Positions 16,373-25,527 of a stretch of 32,000 nucleotides of DNA are shown piece after piece. The translations under genes and the position numbers were made by a program. How positions within the stretch are numbered: the first letter of the stretch is position 1; the number at the start of each line of letters is the position of its first letter. Source of the DNA: Sinorhizobium meliloti (GTDB lineage: Bacteria > Pseudomonadota > Alphaproteobacteria > Rhizobiales > Rhizobiaceae); assembly GCF_017876815.1 (NCBI RefSeq), contig NZ_JAGIOS010000001.1, forward strand, positions 2,070,001-2,102,000, written 5' to 3'. The notes under the pieces are model-generated. The model did no database searches, was not told the DNA's origin, and worked only from the letters and a program-made list of their open reading frames with translations.

Positions 16373-17820
16373 CAATTGCCCCAGAGTTTCCAGAACGGGC
16401 GCTTCTTCGGCTGCTCGGCGGGTTGCTGTTCGGGTGCCGGCGCTTGCGCATTCCCGGCGGGAGCGGCGGCAACCTGAGCATTGTCCTGCGCCGGCGGTGC
16501 TGCCTGTTGCCCGCCGGCGGCGGCTTGCGGCTGGCCCGGTGCGGGCTGTTGAGCGGCCGGCTGGCCTGCGCCCTGCTGCGCGGGAGCCTCGGCGGCGGGT
16601 GCGGCCGGCGCGGCCGCGGGCTCGCTGCGAGAGAACAGACCCCAGAGCGACTTCCTCGCGGGCTCGGCTTGCACCGCTGCCTGCTCCACGGGGCGCTCGA
16701 GCGGGTTGGCCTGCGGCACCGGCAGGCCCTTGCCTTCGCGGGCCGCCTTTTCCAGCGCTTCCTTCTGGATCAAGGTTGCCTGCTTGGCTTCCTCGGCCTC
16801 TTTCTGTTCGGCAAGCTTCTTCTCGAGATCGCTTACCTTGAGCAGCTTGCCCGCATCGAGCGAGGTGCCGGTCGGCGCATAGGCAAGCTCGCGGCCCTTG
16901 CGCTGGTCGGCGACGACCGCCTTGCGTTCGGCCTCGGTCGGCTCATACCAGACCATGCCGTCGAATTTCTTCAATGCCTTCTCGTAGTCGCGCCGGTAGT
17001 CCTTGTCGTAGCTGGCCATCGCCATCTGCAGCGCCGGCGGCGTCGTCATGGCAGGGCACTGGCCGGCCGCATTGAACTGCCCCGCGGCCTGCTGATTGAA
17101 GACGTATTTCCTCTCGCAGACATTCACTGCCGGCGGGCGCTTGGTCACTTCGAACTGGTCGTAGCCGGCCTTCAGCATTTTCCAGAATTCGATGTTCGGA
17201 TTGTCGCGGTGGCGCGCCATGTTTTCCGCCGTCATGCGGAAGGGAAAGGCCTGAAGCTGCACGCTTTCCTGGCCGCCCTTGAACGCGTCGCGGGCGAGCG
17301 CGAAAATCTCGATGATCTGCTCGTTCGTCATCGAATAGCAGCCGGCCGAAGAGCAGGCACCGTGGATCATCAGATGCGTGCCGGTGCGGCCGTTGGCCTT
17401 GTCGTAGGTGTTCGGATAGCCCGTGTTGATCGCCAGGTAGTAGCTCGAATTCGGGTTCATCTGGTTCGGATAGAGCGGATAGAATCCCTCCGGCGCCTGC
17501 CGGTCTCCCTCCTTCATCTTGGGCCCGAGTTTTCCCGACCAGGCGCAGATCTTGTAGCTCTTCAGAAGCTGGAACCGGTTCGCCGTGTTCGCCTTCCAGA
17601 CTTCGAGCGTCCCTTCTTCCTTGAAGATGCGCAACAGGATCGCGGACGTCTTCTGCATCCCCAGCTCGCGCATCTTGCTGACCATCTTGCTGGAAAGCTG
17701 GTACTCGGTCTTGTTCTTGACGGACGACAGGTTGACCGAATCGAGCGTCTCGTTGGTGCAGCCCGCAAGAGCGGCTGCGACAGCGGCGGTGAGGACAAGG
17801 TTCCTGAAACGCATCGGCAA
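16372..17820 (-). CDS. L,D-transpeptidase-family lipoprotein (YkuD/YafK type) with Ala/Pro/Gln-rich C-terminal tail
   Basis: 482 aa. Lipobox LAGC. Catalytic motif HLMIHGACSSAGCYSM. The C-terminal ~100 aa are low complexity. Confidence 0.85.
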   Translation of the reverse strand: MPMRFRNLVLTAAVAAALAGCTNETLDSVNLSSVKNKTEYQLSSKMVSKMRELGMQKTSAILLRIFKEEGTLEVWKANTANRFQLLKSYKICAWSGKLGPKMKEGDRQAPEGFYPLYPNQMNPNSSYYLAINTGYPNTYDKANGRTGTHLMIHGACSSAGCYSMTNEQIIEIFALARDAFKGGQESVQLQAFPFRMTAENMARHRDNPNIEFWKMLKAGYDQFEVTKRPPAVNVCERKYVFNQQAAGQFNAAGQCPAMTTPPALQMAMASYDKDYRRDYEKALKKFDGMVWYEPTEAERKAVVADQRKGRELAYAPTGTSLDAGKLLKVSDLEKKLAEQKEAEEAKQATLIQKEALEKAAREGKGLPVPQANPLERPVEQAAVQAEPARKSLWGLFSRSEPAAAPAAPAAEAPAQQGAGQPAAQQPAPGQPQAAAGGQQAAPPAQDNAQVAAAPAGNAQAPAPEQQPAEQPKKRPFWKLWGN

Positions 17821-18058
17821 AAGCCCGTTCTAGCCACATTCTATCCGTGCACGCCGGTTCCACGAAGGACAGGCGTCAACGAATCAGTACGTCATTATTC
17901 TTCACGAAATCTTAACCGTGCAGGCGCCCCCTGCGAATGGCCATCTCTCATGACCTCATGAATATGGCCAAGATTTGGCCACAGTCCGATTTCCGGTTGC
18001 TGACGTCAGGGAATAATCGCAATGGTTCGGATTGGAACGGCTCGGGCCGGAGCCGTAA

Positions 18059-19012
18059 TCAGAGGTTACGGCCGATATTCAGATATTTCTGCCGCCGGTC
18101 GGCCCGCAATTCGTCGCCATTGCGTGCGGAAAGCTCCTTGAGAGCGTCGCCGATCACGGTTTCCGTGCGGCTGATGACCGCGTCCGGGTCACGGTGGGCT
18201 CCACCGACAGGCTCCGGGATTATCCCGTCGATGACGCCGAGCGACTTCAGGTCTTCGGCGGTGATCTTCATGTTGCTGGCGGCCTCCTTGGCGCGCGTCG
18301 AGTCGCGCCAGAGGATCGAGGCCGCACCTTCCGGGGAGATCACGCTGTAGATCGCGTGCTCCAGCATGTAGACGCGGTTGCCGGTCGCGATCGCGATCGC
18401 GCCGCCCGAACCGCCTTCGCCGATCACCACGGTGACGATCGGCACCTTGACGTTGAGGCACATTTCGGTCGAGCGGGCGATCGCCTCGGCCTGGCCCCGC
18501 TCCTCGGCGTTGACGCCCGGATAGGCGCCTGCCGTGTCGACCAGCGTTATCAGCGGCAGGCCGAAACGGTCGGCCATCTCCATTATGCGCGTCGCCTTGC
18601 GATAGCCCTCGGGTCGGGGGCTGCCGAAATTGTGCTTGATGCGCGACTTGGTGTCGTTGCCCTTCTCCTGGCCGATGACGGCGACGGGCGTGCCGTGAAA
18701 GCGGGCAAGCCCCGCCTGGATCGCGTCGTCATTGGCGAAATTCCGGTCGCCGGCAAGCGGCGTGAACTCGGTGAAGAGGCGCGAGGCATAGTCCAGGAAA
18801 TGCGGACGCGAGGGGTGGCGAGCGACCTGGGTCTTCTGCCAGGGGGACAATTTGGAATAGATCTCGACCATCGCATCGCGGACGCGCCCTTCCAATCGGG
18901 CGATCTCGTCTGATGTGTTAACGCTCTCGTCTTCGCTGGCGAGCTTCTTCAGTTCGAGAATCTTGCCTTCGAGATCAGAGATGGGTTTTTCGAAGTCGAG
19001 ATAATTGTGCAT
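18059..19012 (-). CDS. accA: Acetyl-CoA carboxylase carboxyltransferase subunit alpha
   Basis: 317 aa. [18 protein letters not shown]..., with full-length AccA-type sequence ([23 protein letters not shown]-like [12 protein letters not shown]). Confidence 0.97.
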   Translation of the reverse strand: MHNYLDFEKPISDLEGKILELKKLASEDESVNTSDEIARLEGRVRDAMVEIYSKLSPWQKTQVARHPSRPHFLDYASRLFTEFTPLAGDRNFANDDAIQAGLARFHGTPVAVIGQEKGNDTKSRIKHNFGSPRPEGYRKATRIMEMADRFGLPLITLVDTAGAYPGVNAEERGQAEAIARSTEMCLNVKVPIVTVVIGEGGSGGAIAIATGNRVYMLEHAIYSVISPEGAASILWRDSTRAKEAASNMKITAEDLKSLGVIDGIIPEPVGGAHRDPDAVISRTETVIGDALKELSARNGDELRADRRQKYLNIGRNL

Positions 19013-19075
19013 CAGACGCGTTTCCGATCGTTTTTCGACAAGGGCCGCCCTGCCAAGCCATACCGTCAGGCGGAC

Positions 19076-20011
19076 CTAATCCTGTTTTTTCGCCTGTTTG
19101 GCAAGGGGGTGATGGTTTTGCACGAGGTCGTGAAGCCGTTCTTCCAGCACATGCGTATAGATTTGTGTCGTGGAAATGTCTGAATGGCCGAGCAGTTCCT
19201 GTACGGCACGAAGGTCGGCGCCGTTGGCGAGCAGATGACTGGCGAAGGCGTGGCGCAGCACGTGCGGCGAAATCGCTGCCACCCGGATGCCTGCCCGTGC
19301 CGCAAGGCTCTTGAGGTCGCGGGCAAAGACCTGCCGCGGCAGATGGCCGGACTTGCCATTGGAGGGGAACAGCCAGGGGCTGTCCGCACTCTCTTCCTGC
19401 AGTGCTTCCCCATAGGCCCGCATGGCGCGGATCGCCGCCTGCGACAGCGGTACGAGCCTTTCCTTGTTACCCTTGCCGCGAATGATGAGAAAACGCCCGT
19501 TCTGTGCAAGCACGCTCGCCGGCAGCGACACGAGCTCGCTGACGCGCATGCCTGTCGCATAAAGGAGCTCGATCAGCGCGTGCATGCGCAATTTCGCCAT
19601 CACGTCGTCGCTGCCGGATTTCGCCTCCGCTTCCGCCTGGCCGATCAGCCGGGTGACGTCTTCGATGCTGAGGGTCTTCGGAAGGGTGCGGGCTTTCTTC
19701 GGCGCGTCGAGGATGCCCGTCGGGTCGTCCGTGCGCAGCCCCTCCGCATAGAGGAACTTGTAAAATTGCCGGAGGGCCGAGAGCCGCCGCGCCTGCGACG
19801 ACGCTTTGAAGCCCTGGCCTGCGAGATGGGAGAGATAGCTTCTGAGATCGTCGGCCGAGGCGTCGGTGAGCCCGGTGCCGCGCGAGCGCAGGAAGGAACG
19901 CGCGTCCTCGAGGTCGCGCTCGTAGGATTGCAGCGTGTTCGCCGCCGCTCCACGCTCGGCGCTCATCATTTCCAGGAAGGCTTCGACGTAGGCTGCGGAC
20001 ATATCCGTCAT
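19076..20011 (-). CDS. xerD: Site-specific tyrosine recombinase XerD
   Basis: 311 aa. N-terminal SAM-like domain ([23 protein letters not shown]). C-terminal catalytic R..HxxR..Y ([36 protein letters not shown]). Confidence 0.95.
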   Translation of the reverse strand: MTDMSAAYVEAFLEMMSAERGAAANTLQSYERDLEDARSFLRSRGTGLTDASADDLRSYLSHLAGQGFKASSQARRLSALRQFYKFLYAEGLRTDDPTGILDAPKKARTLPKTLSIEDVTRLIGQAEAEAKSGSDDVMAKLRMHALIELLYATGMRVSELVSLPASVLAQNGRFLIIRGKGNKERLVPLSQAAIRAMRAYGEALQEESADSPWLFPSNGKSGHLPRQVFARDLKSLAARAGIRVAAISPHVLRHAFASHLLANGADLRAVQELLGHSDISTTQIYTHVLEERLHDLVQNHHPLAKQAKKQD

Positions 20012-20157
20012 TTCGGCTTGTTGACCCGTTCGGAGGGAATGCGCACCGTCACGTCCCGCTCAACCGGGTCGACGAAAGTGACGAGCGCCACCATCGTGCC
20101 ATAGACCATGCCGGCCGCGACGGCGCAGATGAACAGGAAGCGGAAGAGGGTGGGCAT
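20008..20157 (-). CDS. Small (49 aa) predicted single-pass membrane protein, translationally coupled to xerD
   Basis: Absent from the ORF track (<60 aa). My own translation: [53 protein letters not shown] lies 6 nt before ATG 20157. Its TGA overlaps the xerD ATG (ATGA). GC-rich third positions. Confidence 0.5.
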   Translation of the reverse strand: MPTLFRFLFICAVAAGMVYGTMVALVTFVDPVERDVTVRIPSERVNKPK

Positions 20158-20315
20158 TCAAGTCTCCTCTGCATGGCGCCGGAAAACCGGACCTTTTCGC
20201 GGGCGGACCATGCAGCCGTTCGAAACGCTGTAGCGCGTCCAATATGAACGCTGCAGCGGGTGCGTGAACTATATGAACGGCGCCGACCAAGAGTGCAAGA
20301 AGCCGGCCCCCGATC

Positions 20316-20353
20316 CTTGCAGCGCCGCGCGTCTAATCAGGCGCAAAGGCCGC
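20316..20353. repeat. Truncated copy of palindromic repeat B
   Basis: CTTGCAGCGCCGCGCGTCTAATCAGGCGCAAAGGCCGC aligns at ~85% with the reverse complement of 8750-8790. One arm is missing. Confidence 0.4.
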
Positions 20354-20442
20354 CGGTCCGCACGTCCAAGCGAAGGCGCCGAAAATCATTGAATCGGACA
20401 GGTGGGAAGCGGTAGTATCAAGTAGTAGTAGAGGAATGTGCC

Positions 20443-20718
20443 ATGCAAACGGAAAAGCTCAGTATCAGTCTGCCGGTCGACATGGCGCGCATGGTGCGCC
20501 GCCGGGTCGAGGACGGGGCTTACGCCTCAAACAGCGAAGTCATCCGTGAGGCATTGCGACTGTGGCAGCAGCGCGAACAGGAACGCGGGCATCGCCTTGA
20601 TGCCATCCGCGCTAGCCTCGATGCCGCTGCCAACGATCCGGCACGCCATGGCAGCGCCGAGGTTTCGGCTCATTTTGACCGTCTTCTGACCGAGGCAGAG
20701 AAGACTGCCAAGTCGTGA
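20443..20718 (+). CDS. parD: Type II antitoxin, ParD family (RHH/CopG fold)
   Basis: 91 aa. LSISLPVDMARMVRRRVEDGAYASNSEVIREALRLWQQRE is a typical ParD/COG3609 N-terminus. GAGGAA SD. Confidence 0.85.
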   Translation: MQTEKLSISLPVDMARMVRRRVEDGAYASNSEVIREALRLWQQREQERGHRLDAIRASLDAAANDPARHGSAEVSAHFDRLLTEAEKTAKS

Positions 20719-21017
20719 GCCGCGAACTCGTCTTTACGCCGGCGGCGCTCGCCGATCTAGAGGAGACATTTTGGTTTGTCGCCGCCGATAATCCTCGTCG
20801 CGCCCGCAGCTACGTCGCAGAGATCGAACAAGCCTGCCGCAACCTCTGCGAGACGCCGTTGATGGGCCGTGGAAGACCGGATTTGCGGCCGAACCTGTTT
20901 ATCTTCCCGCTTTGGCGACGTGTTCTGATCGCCTACGAACTGCCGGACAATCGCGTAGATATTCTGCGCGTGTTTTCAGGCGGGCAGGATTACGAAGCAA
21001 TCATGTCTGGCGAGTAG
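20715..21017 (+). CDS. parE: Type II toxin, ParE/RelE family
   Basis: 100 aa. GTG start overlaps the parD stop by 4 nt. FTPAALADLEETFWFVAADNPRRARSYVAEIEQAC...ILRVFSGGQDY matches the ParE pattern. Confidence 0.85.
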   Translation: MSRELVFTPAALADLEETFWFVAADNPRRARSYVAEIEQACRNLCETPLMGRGRPDLRPNLFIFPLWRRVLIAYELPDNRVDILRVFSGGQDYEAIMSGE

Positions 21018-21044
21018 GTAGGCCCTGATCTGCAGTGGCGACGG

Positions 21045-21073
21045 CTTGACGCTCCCCCCCGATTTGTCGATAC
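21045..21073 (+). promoter_or_regulatory. Candidate sigma-70 promoter for aroK-aroB
   Basis: CTTGAC (21045-21050), a 17-nt spacer, then CGATAC (21068-21073). This compares with the rhizobial consensus CTTGAC-N17-CTATAT. It lies 28 nt upstream of the aroK ATG. Confidence 0.3.
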
Positions 21074-21101
21074 CGGAGAGGAATGGGGAATTTGAAGCGC
21101 A

Positions 21102-21680
21102 ATGAACGATGTGACCGAACCGGTTTCCGCGACGCTGGCCGAAAGGGCGAAGCGCACTCTCGGTAAGCGCAATCTCGTTTTCATCGGCCTGATGGGGGCA
21201 GGTAAATCGGCAATCGGTCGGCTGACCGCCCAGGCGCTCGGCGTTCCTTTCGTCGATTCCGACCACGAGATCGAGCGGGTCTCGCGCATGACGGTCAGCG
21301 ATCTCTTCGCGACCTACGGCGAGGAAGAGTTCCGGGCGCTGGAGGCCCGCGTGCTGAAGCGCCTGCTCAGGTCCGGCCCGCGGGTGGTGTCGACCGGCGG
21401 CGGCGCCTATATCAACGAGCGCTCGCGGCGGCATATCAAGAAGGGCGGCCTGACGATCTGGCTCAACGCCGAGCTTGACGTGCTATGGGAGCGGGTAAAC
21501 AAGCGCGACACCCGGCCGCTTCTGAAGACCGAGAATCCGAAGCAGACGCTCGAGAACCTGATGCGCGCGCGCTACCCAATCTATGCCGAGGCGGACCTGA
21601 CCGTTCTCTCGCGCGATGTGAAAAAGGAAGCGATGGTCGAGGAGGTTCTCGCCGCCATCGCCGATCATCAGAAAGCCTGA
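21102..21680 (+). CDS. aroK: Shikimate kinase
   Basis: 192 aa. Walker [13 protein letters not shown], followed by FVDSDHEIE and STGGGA motifs. Confidence 0.95.
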   Translation: MNDVTEPVSATLAERAKRTLGKRNLVFIGLMGAGKSAIGRLTAQALGVPFVDSDHEIERVSRMTVSDLFATYGEEEFRALEARVLKRLLRSGPRVVSTGGGAYINERSRRHIKKGGLTIWLNAELDVLWERVNKRDTRPLLKTENPKQTLENLMRARYPIYAEADLTVLSRDVKKEAMVEEVLAAIADHQKA

Positions 21681-21684
21681 AGCC

Positions 21685-22818
21685 ATGACCAGCCATGTGA
21701 TGCCAACCGCCGAGCGCAAGGTCCGCGTCGATCTCGCAGAGCGTTCCTACGATATCCTCATCGGCCCCGGTCTGATCGCCGCGGCAGGCAAGGAGATCGC
21801 TTCCCGGCTCAAGGGCCGGAAGATGGCGGTCATCACCGACGAGAACGTCGCGCCGCGTTATCTCGAACCACTGATGGCGAGCCTCGGGGAAAGCGGCATC
21901 GAGGCCGTCTCCCTCATCCTGCCGGCAGGCGAGAAGACCAAGAGCTTCGAGCACCTGATCCCGGTTTGCGAAGCCATCCTCGGCGCCAGAATCGAGCGCA
22001 ACGACGCGGTGATCGCGCTCGGCGGCGGCGTCATCGGCGATCTTACCGGCTTTGCCGCCGGTATCGTCCGCCGCGGTTCGCGCTTCATCCAGATCCCGAC
22101 ATCGCTGCTGGCGCAGGTCGATTCCTCGGTCGGAGGCAAGACCGGGATCAATTCGGCGCATGGCAAGAACCTGATCGGCGTCTTCCATCAGCCCGACCTC
22201 GTCCTCGCCGATACTGCCGCGCTCGACACGCTGAGCCCGCGCGAATTCCGCGCAGGCTATGCCGAGGTCGCGAAATACGGCCTTATCGACAAGCCGGAGT
22301 TCTTCGAATGGCTCGAGAAAAACTGGCAGGCGGTGTTTGCAGGCGGACCCGCCCGGATCGAGGCGATTGCCGTCAGCTGCCAGGCAAAGGCTGACGTCGT
22401 TGCCGCGGACGAGCGCGAAAACGGACGTCGCGCCCTCCTCAACCTCGGCCATACCTTCGGTCATGCGCTGGAGGCCGCCACCGATTACGACAGCAAGCGG
22501 CTGGTGCATGGAGAGGGCGTTGCGATCGGCATGGTTCTGGCGCATGAGTTTTCAGCCCGGATGAATCTTGCGAGCCCCGACGATGCGCGGCGGGTGGAGG
22601 CCCATCTGAAAACCGTCGGCCTGCCGACGCGCCTCGCCGACATTCCCGGTGCATTGCCACCGGCCGATCGGCTGATGGAGGCGATCGCCCAGGACAAGAA
22701 GGTGAAGGGAGGCAAGCTCACCTTCATCCTTACGAGGGGCATAGGCCAGTCCTTCGTGGCGGACGACGTGCCCTCCTCGGAGGTGTTGAGCTTTCTTACG
22801 GAAAAGCATCCGCGATGA
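21685..22818 (+). CDS. aroB: 3-dehydroquinate synthase
   Basis: 377 aa. [34 protein letters not shown] and [11 protein letters not shown] motifs. Starts 4 nt after aroK. Confidence 0.95.
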   Translation: MTSHVMPTAERKVRVDLAERSYDILIGPGLIAAAGKEIASRLKGRKMAVITDENVAPRYLEPLMASLGESGIEAVSLILPAGEKTKSFEHLIPVCEAILGARIERNDAVIALGGGVIGDLTGFAAGIVRRGSRFIQIPTSLLAQVDSSVGGKTGINSAHGKNLIGVFHQPDLVLADTAALDTLSPREFRAGYAEVAKYGLIDKPEFFEWLEKNWQAVFAGGPARIEAIAVSCQAKADVVAADERENGRRALLNLGHTFGHALEAATDYDSKRLVHGEGVAIGMVLAHEFSARMNLASPDDARRVEAHLKTVGLPTRLADIPGALPPADRLMEAIAQDKKVKGGKLTFILTRGIGQSFVADDVPSSEVLSFLTEKHPR

Positions 22819-24119
22819 CCGATGTGCTCCTGGGCTTTCTTACGGAATACTGGCTGTCGCTGCTTTCCGTTATCTGCCTTCTCGTTATTTCAGCCTTTTT
22901 CTCCGGCTCCGAGACGGCGCTGACCGCGGCCTCGCGCTCGCGGATGCATACGCTGGAGAACAACGGCGAGGAGCGGGCCGGCATGGTCACCCGGCTGATA
23001 GAGCGTCGCGACCGTCTGATCGGGACGCTGCTCATCGGCAACAACCTCGTCAACATTCTGGCCTCGTCGCTGACGACGAGCCTGCTGATCGGCCTCTTCG
23101 GCGATTCGGGCGTGGCGATCGCCACCGTCGCCATGACGGTACTGCTCGTCATCTTCTCCGAGGTCCTGCCGAAAAGCTGGGCGATCGCGTCGCCGGACCG
23201 GTTTGCGCTGGCGGTTGCGCCTTGGGTTCGCCCCTTCGTTGCCGTCGTGGGTCCGATATCCTCCCTCGTCAACGCAATTGTCAGGCGCATCCTGCACCTC
23301 TTCGGCATCAATCTTTCTTCCGACCTGCCGATGCTCACCGCGCATGAGGAACTGCGCGGCGCGGTCAATCTGCTCCACCGCGAAGGGTCGGTCATCAAGG
23401 CGGACCGCGACCGGCTCGGCGGGGTGCTCGATCTCGGCGAACTCGAAGTTTCCGACGTCATGATCCACCGGACCGGCATGCGGGCGATCAATGCGGATGA
23501 TCCGCCCCAGACCTGCGTGCGCGAGATCCTCGAAAGTCCGTTTACACGCCTGCCGTTGTGGCGCGGCTCGGCCGACAACATCATCGGCGTCGTCCATTCC
23601 AAGGACCTGCTCCGGGCGCTCGCGGAGCCGAATGTGGAGCCCGAGACGCTCGATATCGTCAAGATTGCGCAGAAACCCTGGTTCGTTCCGGATTCGACCA
23701 ATCTCAAAGACCAGCTCAACGCCTTCCTGCGCCGCAAGCTGCATCTTGCGATCGTGGTCGACGAATACGGCCAGGTGCAGGGGCTCGTCACGCTGGAGGA
23801 TATTCTCGAAGAGATCGTCGGCGACATTGCCGACGAGCACGACATCGACATCCAGGGCGTACGTCAGGAGGCCGATGGTTCGATCGTCGTCGATGGTTCC
23901 GTGCCGATCCGTGACCTCAACCGGGCGCTGGACTGGTCGTTGCCGGACGAGGAGGCGACGACGGTTGCCGGCCTCGTGATCCATGAATCGAAGAGCATTC
24001 CGGAGGAACGGCAGGCCTTCACGTTCTACGGCAAGCGTTTTACCGTGATGAAGCGGGTGAAGAACCGGATCACCAAGCTGCGCATCCGCGCGGCCGAGGA
24101 CGAGGGGCAGGTGGGTTAG
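22815..24119 (+). CDS. HlyC/CorC-family transporter (DUF21/CNNM membrane domain + CBS pair + CorC_HlyC C-domain; TlyC-like)
   Basis: 434 aa. Its ATG overlaps the aroB TGA. N-terminal TM region with FFSGSETAL, a CBS pair region, and C-terminal [11 protein letters not shown]...TVAGLV. The stop TAG overlaps the first bases of the MITE-like element. Confidence 0.9.
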   Translation: MTDVLLGFLTEYWLSLLSVICLLVISAFFSGSETALTAASRSRMHTLENNGEERAGMVTRLIERRDRLIGTLLIGNNLVNILASSLTTSLLIGLFGDSGVAIATVAMTVLLVIFSEVLPKSWAIASPDRFALAVAPWVRPFVAVVGPISSLVNAIVRRILHLFGINLSSDLPMLTAHEELRGAVNLLHREGSVIKADRDRLGGVLDLGELEVSDVMIHRTGMRAINADDPPQTCVREILESPFTRLPLWRGSADNIIGVVHSKDLLRALAEPNVEPETLDIVKIAQKPWFVPDSTNLKDQLNAFLRRKLHLAIVVDEYGQVQGLVTLEDILEEIVGDIADEHDIDIQGVRQEADGSIVVDGSVPIRDLNRALDWSLPDEEATTVAGLVIHESKSIPEERQAFTFYGKRFTVMKRVKNRITKLRIRAAEDEGQVG

Positions 24120-24388
24120 GACCTGTGGACACTTATGGATAGGGGTTTGATTTCGCACAAATCGGTCAATGCCAAGGATTTTTCCGCAGCAAAGGGTTGT
24201 CCCCTTTGCAAGGGAAAAGCCGCCGGCAGTGGGCGATTTGTGCAAAACCCTTCGGGCGGCCCATATTGCGGTGCCTTGTCGCGAAAAATCCGGCTTGCAG
24301 GCGGACGGCCTGCGGCGCCGGATTTTCCACGAAAGTCCCTCGCAATTTGGGCCGTCAAATCCCTATCCATAAGTGTCCACAGGTCCTA
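24117..24388 (+). mobile_element. MITE-like non-autonomous element, copy 1 (268 bp + flanking TA/TA)
   Basis: Perfect 26-bp terminal inverted repeats GGACCTGTGGACACTTATGGATAGGG, flanked by TA on both sides. Internal stems include GCACAAATCG/CGATTTGTGC. Differs by 2 nt from the reverse complement of 28494-28765. No credible transposase ORF. Confidence 0.8.
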
Positions 24389-24395
24389 GGGCAGT

Positions 24396-24677
24396 TCACC
24401 AGCGCGTCGCTTCCCCTGGCGCAGCCGGTTCCACCGCCAAGGCATGGAGGCCGGCATCGAGCTCCGGCTTCAGCAGATCGTTTATGGCGCGGTGGCGCGC
24501 CACACGGCTCATGCCGGTAAAGGCGCTCGAAACGATGCGAACGCGCATATGCGTTTCGCCGCCGCCGTCGAATTCCGGCTGGTGACCGGCATGCTGGTCG
24601 CTCTCATTGATCACCATCAGCCGCTCGGGGTGGAAGGCTTGCGTGAGCTTCTCTTCGATGCGGCGTTGCAGCGACAT
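24396..24677 (-). CDS. bolA: BolA-family protein
   Basis: Part of ORF 24396..24773. Start at ATG 24677. MSLQRRIEEKLTQAFHPERLMVINESDQHAGH...HMRVRIVSSAFTGMSRVARHRAINDLL matches the BolA pattern. 93 aa. Confidence 0.85.
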   Translation of the reverse strand: MSLQRRIEEKLTQAFHPERLMVINESDQHAGHQPEFDGGGETHMRVRIVSSAFTGMSRVARHRAINDLLKPELDAGLHALAVEPAAPGEATRW

Positions 24678-24825
24678 GTCTTCAGTCCCATTTCCCTGTT
24701 TTGCTGCAAGGGGCGGAGCCAGGCGGCAGCATCTCCCATGCAATGCAAAATGCCCGCACAAAGCCAGTAACATTCCGTTTTGTCAATTCTTGTTGTGGCC
24801 CTCTGCAAACCCCATAATGTGCGTC

Positions 24826-25452
24826 ATGAAGCTCGATTCAAAATATTTCGACCGCATCCGAACGCGCCCCCGGGGTCAAGCGCGCGTGGAGCCGTCTGCG
24901 CCGGTGTGCCAATGGGATGGCTGCGACAAGACGGCAGTTCATCGGGCACCCGTCGGGCGCAATGCCGAGGGCGAGTATTTCATGTTCTGCTTCGAGCATG
25001 TGAAGGAGTACAACAAGGGCTACAACTATTTTTCCGGCCTCTCCGACACCGAGATCGCCCGCTACCAGAAGGAAGCGGTGACCGGCCATCGTCCGACCTG
25101 GACGGTCGGTGTCAACAAGAGCGCCCGCAACGGCCCGACACAGTCGCAGATGCGCTCCGGCACCGCGGGCGCACAGGCGCGCATGCGCGATCCTTTCGGA
25201 TTTTTCAACGAGGCGCGCGCCCGCCAGGCGCGGCACGAGCCGCGCCTGCGCAAGCTGAAGACGCTCGAGGCGAAGGCCTTCGAGACGCTGGGGCTCGCGG
25301 CCTCGGCGACGACCGCCGACATCAAGGCGGCATACAAGGAGCTCGTCAAGAAGCACCACCCCGACGCAAATGGCGGAGACAGGGGGTCGGAAGACCGCTT
25401 TCGGGCGGTTATTCAAGCCTACCAATTGTTAAAACAGGCTGGTTTCTGCTAA
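24826..25452 (+). CDS. J-domain protein with C-terminal DnaJ domain and N-terminal Cys/His cluster
   Basis: Part of ORF 24607..25452. Start at ATG 24826 (or 24817). C-terminal AFETLGLAASATTADIKAAYKELVKKHHPDANGG...RFRAVIQAYQLL carries the HPD motif. The N-terminus has CQWDGC...FCFEH. Confidence 0.8.
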   Translation: MKLDSKYFDRIRTRPRGQARVEPSAPVCQWDGCDKTAVHRAPVGRNAEGEYFMFCFEHVKEYNKGYNYFSGLSDTEIARYQKEAVTGHRPTWTVGVNKSARNGPTQSQMRSGTAGAQARMRDPFGFFNEARARQARHEPRLRKLKTLEAKAFETLGLAASATTADIKAAYKELVKKHHPDANGGDRGSEDRFRAVIQAYQLLKQAGFC

Positions 25453-25527
25453 CAACCCGGATTATGACAGAAGCACACTTTGCAGGCGAATGCGCGGGTG
25501 CCGGCGGGCGTCCGCTCTGGAGTTATG

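Noticed and set aside
17898-17918. CtrA-box-like TTCA-N7-TTAAC upstream of the L,D-transpeptidase gene
   Set aside because: Only one half-site matches the TTAA-N7-TTAAC consensus. A single degenerate hit is not evidence.
16423-17961. 512-aa plus-strand ORF antisense to the L,D-transpeptidase gene
   Set aside because: Shadow ORF with Arg/Leu/Gly-rich composition. The minus-strand product has a lipobox and the YkuD catalytic motif.
18024-18038. T-loop-like GGTTCGGATTGGAAC in the accA/ldt intergenic region (possible tRNA)
   Set aside because: No acceptor, D or anticodon stems can be built around it. It is an isolated 4-bp hairpin only.
20243-20255. 13-mer TATGAACGCTGCA shared with 31275-31287
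   Set aside because: About 15 exact 13-mer coincidences are expected by chance for 32 kb compared on both strands. The similarity does not extend into the flanks.
24135-24389. 84-aa ORFs on both strands of each MITE copy (MDRGLISHKS...SISVHRS and MDRDLTAQIA...SISVHRS), plus the longer ORFs that enter the elements
   Set aside because: The same start and end peptides appear on both strands because the ORFs begin and end in the terminal inverted repeats. No SD, no homology, and they span a highly self-complementary element.
25453-25527. Expected cobalamin riboswitch upstream of cobS
   Set aside because: The gap is ~75 nt and lacks a B12-box-like sequence. It is too short for the ~200-nt aptamer.
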